DNA from: Aquificaceae bacterium
GTDB lineage: Bacteria > Aquificota > Aquificia > Aquificales > Aquificaceae
Assembly: GCA_039630345.1 (NCBI GenBank)
Contig: JBCNVD010000022.1
Location: forward strand, 1 to 21,918
DNA length: 21,918 nt
Reading direction: 5' to 3'
The notes beneath the pieces were generated by a model. It searched no databases. It was not told where the DNA came from and saw nothing but the letters and a program-made list of their open reading frames with translations. A program made the translations under genes and the position numbers. Numbering within the stretch: the stretch's first letter is position 1; each line of letters opens with the position of its first letter. This document shows, one piece after another, positions 7,949-16,446 of this stretch.

Positions 7949-9260
7949 CCCTTAAGTTGCCTGACTTTAGAGCTTTTATGAGATTTTCTGTAAATTTTCG
8001 CTCTCTTATGTGATGGAATAAAACCCCGCTCTCCTCAAGACCCATACCGTCTAGCTTTTTATAGCCTCTTAAAAAAGGGTTTTTCCTATTTAGCTCGTAA
8101 GATCTTGGTTTTGAAACGACCTGATATCCGCAAAGAGCACCATCTTTTAAAAAGAGCTTTATCAGCCTTCCCGAAACTTCAAAAAAGGTCGACTCTTCTG
8201 CGTCTTCAAAAGTCCCTGCGCTTGCAGCCGTTACGCTTCTTGTCTTTACCGCATTGTAATCCACAAGCCCTGGGTTTTTAACATTTTTACCCGCTATGTT
8301 TTGACCTGCGATTGCCCCGGATTGAATTGCAGAGGGAAAAAGGGCAATCCACCTTATGTTGCCCCATCTATCTATGCCTGATGCTATGTCGCCTGCTGCG
8401 TAGATATCAGGGTTAGAGGTCTGCTGATACTCGTTGACTAAAATTCCCCCAACTACTTTGCCTGTAGTTTCGCTAATGTGGAGTTTTATATCTGTGTCCT
8501 GAACTAGCTCTACCCTTGGTCTTACGCCCGTTGAGATAATCACAAGGTCTGCCTGGATAAATTTTGAGGAGTTTTGACCGTTTTGTTTTATCTCAACCCA
8601 CTGCACCCAGCCATCTTCTCCGTGGATTGCAACAACCTGATGATTCAGATAAAAATCAATCCCCTCCTCTATCAAAGGCTGTATGAAGTGCTTTGCCATA
8701 TGAGCATCCAGCATCCTTGGAAGCACTCTATCAAAAAACTCAACCACGCTTACTTTTATGCCCATGTGACTTAGTGTCTGGGCATCCTCTATGCCTATGG
8801 GACCTGCGCCTATTATCAGAGCGCTTTTAACCCTGCCTGATTCTATCCAGCTTTTTATCCTTAAAGCGTCGTCAAGGTTCTTTGCGGTGCTAACCCCGCC
8901 TAAATTTACGCCCGGTATTGGCGGTATAAAAGCTTTCGCTCCTGCGCAGAGAAGACACTTATCAAAGCTCTCTTTTAGTCCTTTTGGCAACAAAACGCTT
9001 TTATTTGTAGCATCTATGCTAAGGGCAGGGGATTTAAATAGCACTTCGACGCGATGCTTTTTGTAAAACTCCATCCCGCCTTTGAAAAACAGCGCCTCTT
9101 TAGAGATGTCTCCCCTTATTACATTTTCCATGCAGTTTGGCGCATAGGCAGGATACTCCTCGTCTGTCAGGACCAAAATGTCGGACTGATCGTCTATGCT
9201 CCTGAATGCCTCTATTGCACTAACGGCGCAAGGACCATTGCCAACAATTAATAGCTTCAT
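7911..9260 (-). CDS. FAD-dependent pyridine nucleotide-disulfide oxidoreductase (NADH oxidase / CoA-disulfide reductase / NirB-N-like)
   Basis: FAD motif IVGNGPCA, Cys43 in AYAPNC, NADH motif IIGAGPIGIE, STGVRP, TSNPDIYAAGD. 38-nt convergent overlap with pdxA. Confidence 0.85.
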   Translation of the reverse strand: MKLLIVGNGPCAVSAIEAFRSIDDQSDILVLTDEEYPAYAPNCMENVIRGDISKEALFFKGGMEFYKKHRVEVLFKSPALSIDATNKSVLLPKGLKESFDKCLLCAGAKAFIPPIPGVNLGGVSTAKNLDDALRIKSWIESGRVKSALIIGAGPIGIEDAQTLSHMGIKVSVVEFFDRVLPRMLDAHMAKHFIQPLIEEGIDFYLNHQVVAIHGEDGWVQWVEIKQNGQNSSKFIQADLVIISTGVRPRVELVQDTDIKLHISETTGKVVGGILVNEYQQTSNPDIYAAGDIASGIDRWGNIRWIALFPSAIQSGAIAGQNIAGKNVKNPGLVDYNAVKTRSVTAASAGTFEDAEESTFFEVSGRLIKLFLKDGALCGYQVVSKPRSYELNRKNPFLRGYKKLDGMGLEESGVLFHHIRERKFTENLIKALKSGNLRAIANPLYEVPLF

Positions 9261-9282
9261 TTTAGTTATAATTTATATTTTA
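9261..9282. promoter_or_regulatory. Divergent AT-rich promoter region (tRNA-tig operon / oxidoreductase)
   Basis: Consensus TATAAT at 9267-9272 on the plus strand, 10 nt before the tRNA. Minus-strand TAAATT (9275-9270) lies 9 nt before the oxidoreductase ATG. No properly spaced -35 seen. Confidence 0.6.
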
Positions 9283-9366
9283 GCGGGCGTGGCGGAACTG
9301 GCAGACGCGCAGGACTTAGGATCCTGTGGGCTTTCGCCCGTGAGGGTTCAACTCCCTCCGCCCGCA
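9283..9366 (+). tRNA. tRNA-Leu (anticodon TAG), CCA not encoded
   Basis: Acceptor stem GCGGGCG/CGCCCGC with discriminator A; D-loop with GG; anticodon arm CAGGA-CTTAGGA-TCCTG; long variable arm GGGC-TTTC-GCCC; T arm GAGGG-TTCAACT-CCCTC. Confidence 0.97.
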
Positions 9367-9376
9367 GGAGGTATTT

Positions 9377-10603
9377 ATGAAAGTTAGCGTCAGAGAAAAA
9401 GAGGGTCTTTTAAGAGAGCTTGAGGTTGAACTGGAAGGTCCAAAAGTTCGTGAGGTTTTTGAGGAAGTTTGCCTGGATATTCAAAAGAGCGTAAGCATAA
9501 AGGGCTTTAGACCCGGAAATGCTCCCCTTTGGGTTTTAAAAGCACGATTTAGAGATAGAATTACCGAAGAGGTTGGCAAAAAACTGGCCGATATGACAAT
9601 ATCACAGGCCCTTAAAGAAGGAGGACTAACCCCTGCAGCGGATATATTTCTGGATGAGGTTCAATTAAGCAATGAAGACAGACTTTTATACAGGGTCTTA
9701 TTTGAAGTTTTGCCAGAGTTTGAACTGGTTGATGCTTCTTCTATAGAGTTAAAGCCAGAAAGAGTAGAATTTAGCGAAGAGCTATTGCAAAAGAGGATAC
9801 AGCAGCTCAGAGAGGAAAAGTGCGTATTTGAGCCATCTGATGAGGAGTTAAAAGAGGGATATATGGCGATAGTTGAGTATAAAGTCGAAGATATAGAGAC
9901 TTCAGAGGTTGCACAGGGTGAAACTTCCGGCATTATTGGCAAAAAGGTCTTTAGAAAAGAGGTGGAAGATGCTTTAATTGGCAAAAAAGAAGGAGATTTG
10001 ATATCAATTGAGCAAATAGATGTATTTGATGTATATGGTAAACCCTCTGGCAAAGCGAAGGTCGATCTCAAAGTCAAGGGCGTTAAAAAGCCAATCCTTC
10101 CAGAAATTGGTGATGATTTTGCAAAAGAGCTAGGTCTTGGAGAGAGCTGGCAAGAAGCCCTTGAGAAGATAAAAGAGAATTTGATAAAGGAACTGGAAGA
10201 GACAAACAAAAAGATGCTAAAAGACGCTCTTATTCAAAAACTCCTTAGTTTGCACGAAATTCAGCTTCCCCAAACTCTGGTAAGGAGAGAGCTCTCTGCC
10301 ATGGTTCAAAAGAGTCTGCAGGATCTTTCTTACATGGGTATTGATCCAAAGCTGGTATCTGTAGAGGAGATTGCAAAAGACCTTGCCCCTCAGGCTCAAA
10401 TCAGCGTAAAGCTAGGACTGATACTGGATGCTTATGCAAAGCGTTTTGAGCTTTCAGTTAGCGATGAGGAGCTAAAAACTCTAACTCAAGGTCGTGAGGG
10501 ATTATCGGATGCTTTTCTGGCCATTTTAAAAACTTCGGCCCTTCGGGAGAAGGCGCTGGATAAGCTATTATCAATGGTTAAAGTAAGTGAGGAAGTAAAA
10601 TGA
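9377..10603 (+). CDS. tig: Trigger factor
   Basis: Ribosome-binding signature [34 protein letters not shown]; canonical tRNA-Leu-tig-clpP-clpX order. Confidence 0.93.
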   Translation: MKVSVREKEGLLRELEVELEGPKVREVFEEVCLDIQKSVSIKGFRPGNAPLWVLKARFRDRITEEVGKKLADMTISQALKEGGLTPAADIFLDEVQLSNEDRLLYRVLFEVLPEFELVDASSIELKPERVEFSEELLQKRIQQLREEKCVFEPSDEELKEGYMAIVEYKVEDIETSEVAQGETSGIIGKKVFRKEVEDALIGKKEGDLISIEQIDVFDVYGKPSGKAKVDLKVKGVKKPILPEIGDDFAKELGLGESWQEALEKIKENLIKELEETNKKMLKDALIQKLLSLHEIQLPQTLVRRELSAMVQKSLQDLSYMGIDPKLVSVEEIAKDLAPQAQISVKLGLILDAYAKRFELSVSDEELKTLTQGREGLSDAFLAILKTSALREKALDKLLSMVKVSEEVK

Positions 10604-11196
10604 ATCTCTTTTCACAGCTTGTGCCTATAGTTGTTGAGCAAACCCCTCGTGGGGAGAGGGCTTTTGACATTTACTCTCGACTCATGCAAGACAGGATTGT
10701 CCTCCTTGGCTTTCCCATAGACGACCATGTTGCTAATTTGATAGTAGCCCAGCTTCTGTTTTTAGAGGCTCAGGACCCTGAAAAAGATATCTTTATGTAT
10801 ATAAACTCCCCCGGCGGTTCGGTTACAGCAGGTATGGCAATTTACGACACTATGCAATACATAAAGCCAGATGTTGTTACCATATGTGTAGGTCAGGCAG
10901 CTTCCATGGGCGCAGTGCTTTTATCCGCAGGTGCAAAGGGCAAGCGCTATAGTTTGCCAAATTCTCGCATAATGATACATCAGCCACTTGGTGGCATCTC
11001 TGGTCAGGCAACAGACATAATAATCCACGCAGAGGAGATAAAGCGCATCAAGGCGCTTCTTAATTCAATCCTTGCAAAGCACACAGGTCAGCCAATTGAA
11101 CGCATAGAAAAGGATGTAGAAAGAGACTACTTTATGTCGGCTCAGGAGGCTCTTGAATACGGTCTTGTTGATAAGGTTATAGAGAGGCGTTCCTGA
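10600..11196 (+). CDS. clpP: ATP-dependent Clp protease proteolytic subunit
   Basis: DIYSRL, YINSPGG, GQAASMG (catalytic Ser), RIMIHQP (His), ERD (Asp). Confidence 0.98.
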   Translation: MNLFSQLVPIVVEQTPRGERAFDIYSRLMQDRIVLLGFPIDDHVANLIVAQLLFLEAQDPEKDIFMYINSPGGSVTAGMAIYDTMQYIKPDVVTICVGQAASMGAVLLSAGAKGKRYSLPNSRIMIHQPLGGISGQATDIIIHAEEIKRIKALLNSILAKHTGQPIERIEKDVERDYFMSAQEALEYGLVDKVIERRS

Positions 11197-11198
11197 TT

Positions 11199-12434
11199 AT
11201 GGCAAAAAGCAAAAAGTCCATATCAAGCTGTTCTTTTTGCGGGGCTTTGGCAAGCGAAGTGGAGCTTATGTTTTATGGTCCTAATGATGTTGCAATTTGC
11301 GACAGATGCATACTCCAGGGGCATGAAACTTTACTAAATTTCAGGCGCTCTAAATTAACTGAAGCCGTAAGAACTTTGCCCACCCCTCTTGAGATAAAGA
11401 GTTATTTAGATCAGTATGTGGTTGGGCAGGAAGATGCCAAGAAGGTGCTTGCAGTAGCTGTTTATAACCACTATAAGCGTATAAGGGCAAAGGAGTTAGG
11501 GATTGACCTGGACGGAGTAGAGGTAGAAAAGAGCAATGTTTTATTAATTGGACCCACAGGCTCTGGAAAGACCCTTCTTGCCAAAAGCCTTGCAAAGCTC
11601 CTTCAGGTTCCATTTGCAATAGCGGATGCAACTTCCCTGACTGAGGCTGGATATGTTGGCGAGGATGTTGAAAACGTGCTGGTGAGACTTTTGCAAAGCT
11701 GTGATTACAATCTAAGTCTTGCGCAAAAGGGGATAGTTTACATAGACGAAATAGACAAAATAGCAAGAAAGTCCGGGATTAATCCTTCGATAACCAGAGA
11801 TGTCTCTGGCGAAGGAGTTCAGCAGGCGCTTCTTAAAATCATAGAAGGCACTATAGCCAATGTGCCCCCACAGGGGGGAAGAAAGCATCCCCATCAGGAG
11901 TTTTTAAGGGTTGATACAACTGACATTCTCTTTATATGCGGTGGGGCTTTCGTAGGGCTTGAGGAGATCATCAAAAGGCGCCTTGGGCGCTCGAGTGTTG
12001 GCTTTGAGTCAGCCGTTAAGTCTTTTAAAGAGGAAAACCCGCTAAAGAGCGTAGAGGTAGAGGATTTAGTGCAGTATGGAATGATTCCGGAGTTTGTTGG
12101 CAGACTTCCAGTACTGGCCGTGCTTGATGACCTTGGCGAAGAGGAGCTTGTGAAGGTCTTAACAGATACCAAAAACTCAATTTTAAAGCAGTATCAAAAA
12201 CTCTTAAGAATGGAAGGGGTAGAGCTTGAATTCAAAGAAGATGCGGTAAGGTTAATAGCCAGAGAGGCGCTAAGGCGCAAAACAGGCGCAAGAGGCTTAA
12301 GAGCCATAGTTGAGAGTCTTTTGCTTGATGTTATGTTTGAGCTCCCTACCATTCGTGGGGCCAGAAAGCTTACTTTTGATAGCGAGTGGGTTTTATCAAG
12401 ACTTAACTCTACAAGAATGAAAAGAGCAATTTAA
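11199..12434 (+). CDS. clpX: ATP-dependent Clp protease ATP-binding subunit
   Basis: Zinc finger CSFC...CDRC, Walker [13 protein letters not shown] pore loop, IDEIDK, RKH loop, VGF (IGF-type) loop, GARGLR. Confidence 0.98.
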   Translation: MAKSKKSISSCSFCGALASEVELMFYGPNDVAICDRCILQGHETLLNFRRSKLTEAVRTLPTPLEIKSYLDQYVVGQEDAKKVLAVAVYNHYKRIRAKELGIDLDGVEVEKSNVLLIGPTGSGKTLLAKSLAKLLQVPFAIADATSLTEAGYVGEDVENVLVRLLQSCDYNLSLAQKGIVYIDEIDKIARKSGINPSITRDVSGEGVQQALLKIIEGTIANVPPQGGRKHPHQEFLRVDTTDILFICGGAFVGLEEIIKRRLGRSSVGFESAVKSFKEENPLKSVEVEDLVQYGMIPEFVGRLPVLAVLDDLGEEELVKVLTDTKNSILKQYQKLLRMEGVELEFKEDAVRLIAREALRRKTGARGLRAIVESLLLDVMFELPTIRGARKLTFDSEWVLSRLNSTRMKRAI

Positions 12435-12444
12435 GGAGGTTTTT

Positions 12445-12936
12445 ATGATTAAGTTTATGGTATTTTTTGCTGGAATCGGCACTTTTTTGGGCTTTGCTCA
12501 GCAGCAGAGGTTTGCCTGCGTTGACCCTCAGGTGGTTATGCAAGAATCACAGATGGTAAAGTCAAAGCGCTCTCAGCTACTTGCAAAGCGCGAAGGCTAT
12601 CAAAAACAGCTGGACGAGATGTCCAAAAAGCTCGAAGAACTCAAGAAGCAAATCGATAGCAAGGCAACTGCCCAGAAGGTAAGAGAAGAGAAAATGAAAG
12701 AGTTTGAAAAAATTCAGGGAGAGGGTCTTGAGCTTCAGCAAAAGGCACAGAAAGAGCTAGTTGAACTTGGGGAAAAACTCGAAAACGAAATTGTGTCAAA
12801 GGTTCGCTCTATATCAGAAGAGCTCGCAAAAAACAGAGGCTTTTCTGCTGTGGTTGACTGCGGGGTTTTCTTCTATAAAAGCCCGGATATTGATATAACC
12901 AAAGAGGTGGTTCAGCGCCTTGACCAGCAAAGATGA
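12445..12936 (+). CDS. skp: Periplasmic chaperone Skp/OmpH
   Basis: Signal-peptide-like N-terminus, ACVDPQ.V, long coiled-coil region, C-terminal DITKEVV; AAGGAGG SD; adjacent to lpxD as usual. Confidence 0.88.
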   Translation: MIKFMVFFAGIGTFLGFAQQQRFACVDPQVVMQESQMVKSKRSQLLAKREGYQKQLDEMSKKLEELKKQIDSKATAQKVREEKMKEFEKIQGEGLELQQKAQKELVELGEKLENEIVSKVRSISEELAKNRGFSAVVDCGVFFYKSPDIDITKEVVQRLDQQR

Positions 12937-13904
12937 AAGCAAGCGAGCTTGCAAAGTTTTTGTCCGGTAAATTACTTGGGGGGGAATATGAGTTTGAGGG
13001 TATATCTTCTTTTTTAAACCCAAAGGAAAAGACGGTAATTTTCTGTCAGGACATAAGAGATTTAGACAAACTATCTGGTTTTGATGCGCTATTTGTCCTG
13101 GATAGAGAAAACCAAAATGTAGCGCATTCAATACTTGTAAGAGATGTCAAATACTCACTTGCGATGTTTTTAAAGAGGTTTTTTCCAAGGACTTATCCAG
13201 AGGGCATATCCCCAAAGGCTCACATAGAAGAGTCTGCTAAATTGGGAAAGGGTATATATATTGGGGAGTTTACCTACATAGGAAAAGATGCCTTTCTTGA
13301 GGATAATGTCAGGATATATCCTCAATGTTATATAGGCGATAGGGTAAAAATAGGGGAAGGCTCTATCATCTATAGCGGAGTTAAAATCTACGCAGATTGC
13401 GAGATAGGTAAAAATGTCATCATCCATAGCGGTGCGGTTATCGGCGCAGATGGCTTTGGATTTTATATTTATGAGGGAGAAATTTACAAACTTGAGCATA
13501 TTGGAAAGGTGATAATAGAAGACAATGTCGAAATTGGTGCAAATACCTGCATAGATAGAGCTCTTATTGATGAAACAAGGATTAAAAAAGGTTCAAAAAT
13601 AGACAATCTGGTTCAAATAGCCCACAATTGCAATATAGGAGAAAGCAACATAATAGCAGGTCAGAGTGGCCTTGCAGGCAGTGTAAAGACTGGCGATTGG
13701 GTTTTAATAGGTGGCAGCGCAGGTATCAAAGACCATGTTGAAATCCAGAGCTACACAAAAATTGCAGCCCGATCAAATGTTTCAAAGAGCTTAAAAACTG
13801 GCACTTACGGCGGTGCTATTCCTGCCATGGAATTATCTCGCTGGAAGAGATTATATGCATATATTCAAAAAATACCTGATTTTATCAAGGAGCAAAAAGG
13901 TTGA
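12933..13904 (+). CDS. lpxD: UDP-3-O-acylglucosamine N-acyltransferase
   Basis: Hexapeptide repeats, IGADGFGF, EIGANTCIDR, KIDNLVQIAHN (catalytic His). Confidence 0.96.
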   Translation: MKASELAKFLSGKLLGGEYEFEGISSFLNPKEKTVIFCQDIRDLDKLSGFDALFVLDRENQNVAHSILVRDVKYSLAMFLKRFFPRTYPEGISPKAHIEESAKLGKGIYIGEFTYIGKDAFLEDNVRIYPQCYIGDRVKIGEGSIIYSGVKIYADCEIGKNVIIHSGAVIGADGFGFYIYEGEIYKLEHIGKVIIEDNVEIGANTCIDRALIDETRIKKGSKIDNLVQIAHNCNIGESNIIAGQSGLAGSVKTGDWVLIGGSAGIKDHVEIQSYTKIAARSNVSKSLKTGTYGGAIPAMELSRWKRLYAYIQKIPDFIKEQKG

Positions 13905-14746
13905 GGATAAGGCTTGCCCATAGCCCGGATGCGGACGATGCTTTTATGTTTTATGCCCTTACCCAGGGTCTTATAGACACTCGCGGCTTTGAGTTTGAAA
14001 ACATTCTTGAAGATATAGAAACCTTAAACAAAAAAGCGCTTGAAGGCGCTTACGAGCTGACTGCAATATCCTTTCATGCCTTTGCTTATGTAAAGGATAA
14101 ATACACTCTCCTGACCGTTGGCGCAAGTGTCGGCGATGGATATGGTCCTGTTGTTGTAAGCAAAAGCCCTTTTAAGTCTTTAAAGTCAGTTAAGGTTGCA
14201 ATTCCCGGCAAATTCACCTCTGCTTATTTAGCTCTTAAGCTCTATGAAAAAGACATTCAGGAAGTTTTTTTGCCCTTTGACAGGATTATTGATGCTATTA
14301 TTGATGGCTCTGTCGATGCGGGTGTTTTGATTCACGAAGCACAGCTAAATTACGAAGAGCTCGGGCTTATGAAAGTTCTGGACCTTGGAAGCTGGTGGAA
14401 GGAAAGTAAAGGCCTTGTTTTGCCACTTGGGGCCAATGCAGTAAGAAAAGACCTGGGAATTGATGTCATAAGGGCTCTAAATGATATTTTGAGAGAGAGC
14501 ATTCTTTATGCTCTTGGCGATAGAGATAAGGCGCTTGAGTTTTCGCGCGCTTATGCGCGCGAGATTAAGTCAGATATTAAAAAACTAGATAAATTTGTGG
14601 GTATGTATGTAAATCGCTGGAGCGTTGATTGTCCGGATGAGCTAAGAGCTTCGGTGAGGGAATTTCTATCCGCGGGGGCAAGTCTTGGGATTGTCCCAGA
14701 GATCAAAGGTCAGATATTTTTTGACGAGGGCGAAGATGCTTCCTAA
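13901..14746 (+). CDS. mqnD: 1,4-dihydroxy-6-naphthoate synthase (MqnD, futalosine pathway)
   Basis: HSPDADDAFMFY, DIETLN, SVGDGYGP, AIPGKFTSA, LIHE, DLGSWW, LPLG, MYVN. TTG start. Confidence 0.88.
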   Translation: MRIRLAHSPDADDAFMFYALTQGLIDTRGFEFENILEDIETLNKKALEGAYELTAISFHAFAYVKDKYTLLTVGASVGDGYGPVVVSKSPFKSLKSVKVAIPGKFTSAYLALKLYEKDIQEVFLPFDRIIDAIIDGSVDAGVLIHEAQLNYEELGLMKVLDLGSWWKESKGLVLPLGANAVRKDLGIDVIRALNDILRESILYALGDRDKALEFSRAYAREIKSDIKKLDKFVGMYVNRWSVDCPDELRASVREFLSAGASLGIVPEIKGQIFFDEGEDAS

Positions 14747-15200
14747 AGAGCTTCTAAAAAACCTTGAGGCGATTGCATCTAGCTTTCCAAGGAGAGAGCA
14801 GTCTGTTTTGCTTTGTTTGCACGAGGTTCAGGACCATTATGGTTATATTCCTGACTTTGCCATAGGGGAAGTTGCCAAAATTGTGGGGCTTTCGCTAAAT
14901 CATGTCGAGGGGGTTGTTGCTTTTTATGATATGTTTGATACTAGCTCCAGGGCCAGTTATAGAATCAGGGTTTGCACAAGTGTTGTTTGCAATCTTCTTG
15001 GGTCAAAAAGGCTCTTGAAGGCTCTAAGTTCTCGCCTTGGAATAAAGCCCGGGGAGGTTACCAAAGACGGAAAGTTCAAGCTCATAAAAGTTCAGTGCCT
15101 TGGTGCTTGCTCGGAAGCGCCCTGCTATATGGTTAATGAAGACACTTACAAATTTTATTCAGAGGAGAAGTTAAATGAGGTCTTATCCAGCTATACCTGA
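14736..15200 (+). CDS. nuoE: NADH-quinone oxidoreductase subunit E (2Fe-2S)
   Basis: Start reassigned to ATG 14736 (MLPKELL). VEGVVAFYDMF; cluster N1a ligands CTSVVC and CLGAC. Closely resembles A. aeolicus NuoE as I recall it. Confidence 0.94.
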   Translation: MLPKELLKNLEAIASSFPRREQSVLLCLHEVQDHYGYIPDFAIGEVAKIVGLSLNHVEGVVAFYDMFDTSSRASYRIRVCTSVVCNLLGSKRLLKALSSRLGIKPGEVTKDGKFKLIKVQCLGACSEAPCYMVNEDTYKFYSEEKLNEVLSSYT

Positions 15201-16446
15201 AATATATGCAGAGACTGCACTTAACCTTCTTCTAAAGAGGGCAAAGCGTCCTGAGGTGACTGACCTTGATAAGTATTTAAAAGACGGCGGATATGAGGCT
15301 CTGAGAAAAGCCCTTTTAATGAGCCCAGAGGAGATAGTTGACTGGGTTGACAAAAGTCAGCTAAGAGGTCGCGGGGGTGCAGGCTTTCCCACGGGCAGAA
15401 AGTGGAAGTTCGCGCTTCAGAATCCAGCACCCAGATATCTTATCTGTAACGCAGATGAATCCGAGCCTGGAACATTCAAAGACAGAATCCTTATGGAGCG
15501 TGACCCTCATCTTCTTATAGAGGGGATGATAATATCTGCCTATGCCCTTGGGGCTAATGAGGCTTTTATCTATATAAGAGGTGAATACCCGGCGGCTTAC
15601 AGAATTCTTAAAGACGCCATCATGGATGCAAAGTCCGCTGGGTTTCTTGGCAAGAACATCCTAAATTCCGGCTTTGACCTTGAGATTTATCTAGCAAGAG
15701 GTGCAGGAGCATATATATGCGGGGAAGAGAGCGCCCTTATTGAGTCTCTTGAAGGCAAGCGTGGATTTCCAAGAATCAAGCCCCCATATCCGGTGCAGAA
15801 AGGGCTCTTTGGAAGGCCAACGGTGGTGAATAATGTCGAAACTCTATGCAATGTCCCGCTTATTGTATCAATGGGCTGGCAAGAGTATAGATACATAGGT
15901 CCAAGTGACTATACAGGTCCCAAGCTCTTTCCCGTTAGCGGAAAGGTGAAAAAGCCCGGCGTTTACGAGCTTGCCATGAATGCAACTCTAAGGGAGGTTA
16001 TTTTCAAATATGCAGGCGGGACTCTTGGTAACAAAAAGCTCAAGGCGGTCTTTTCAGGTGCTCTTGATTGCTTTTCCGCAGAGGAGCTTGATACCCCTAT
16101 GGACTACTCTCCTTTTGGCTTTGGGGGAACGGGCACTGTGATAGTTCTAACCGAGGAAGACAGCATCGTCGAGGCATGTTTGTGGATTGCGGAGTTTTAC
16201 GCCCATGAAAGCTGCGGTCAGTGCACGCCCTGCAGGGTAGGAACTCATGAGCAGGCAATATTGCTAGAGAGAATTAACTCAAAAACCGCAACTGATGCAG
16301 ACTGGGAAGCGTTTGATTTTGTAAATAGACACATTCAGCCAACTTCCATCTGTGGTCTTGGGGCGGTCGCGGGAAGACTTATTCGCCAGACGATTGAAAA
16401 ATTCCCGAAAGAGTGGGAAGAATATCGCCAGAGAGTTCTGGTATGA
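15175..16446 (+). CDS. nuoF: NADH-quinone oxidoreductase subunit F (FMN, 4Fe-4S)
   Basis: LRGRGGAGFPTG, CNADESEPGTFKDR, GAGAYICGEES, NNVET, ESCGQCTPC...SICGLG. The N-terminus MRSYPAIP is Aquifex-type. Confidence 0.97.
   Translation: MRSYPAIPEIYAETALNLLLKRAKRPEVTDLDKYLKDGGYEALRKALLMSPEEIVDWVDKSQLRGRGGAGFPTGRKWKFALQNPAPRYLICNADESEPGTFKDRILMERDPHLLIEGMIISAYALGANEAFIYIRGEYPAAYRILKDAIMDAKSAGFLGKNILNSGFDLEIYLARGAGAYICGEESALIESLEGKRGFPRIKPPYPVQKGLFGRPTVVNNVETLCNVPLIVSMGWQEYRYIGPSDYTGPKLFPVSGKVKKPGVYELAMNATLREVIFKYAGGTLGNKKLKAVFSGALDCFSAEELDTPMDYSPFGFGGTGTVIVLTEEDSIVEACLWIAEFYAHESCGQCTPCRVGTHEQAILLERINSKTATDADWEAFDFVNRHIQPTSICGLGAVAGRLIRQTIEKFPKEWEEYRQRVLV

Noticed and set aside
9196..9387. 63-aa plus-strand ORF
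   Set aside because: Runs across the promoter and tRNA-Leu; an artefact.
9283..9400. tRNA-Leu as an integration site for a genomic island
   Set aside because: No integrase and no duplicated tRNA 3' end seen in the window; tig follows directly in the ancestral order.
9661..10209. 182-aa antisense ORF within tig (and similar ones at 2038, 2828, 5199, 8791, 11894, 16616, 16976)
   Set aside because: Ser/Phe/Leu-rich shadows produced by GAA/GAG/AAA-rich sense codons; no motifs or SD.
13200..13800. Periodic sequence within lpxD
   Set aside because: Ordinary hexapeptide (left-handed beta-helix) protein repeats, not a DNA repeat array.
14685..16446. nuoEF as HoxEF/HydBC subunits of a bifurcating hydrogenase
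   Set aside because: NuoF has no extra N-terminal 2Fe-2S or C-terminal ferredoxin domains and matches the Aquifex complex I type; no hydrogenase genes nearby.
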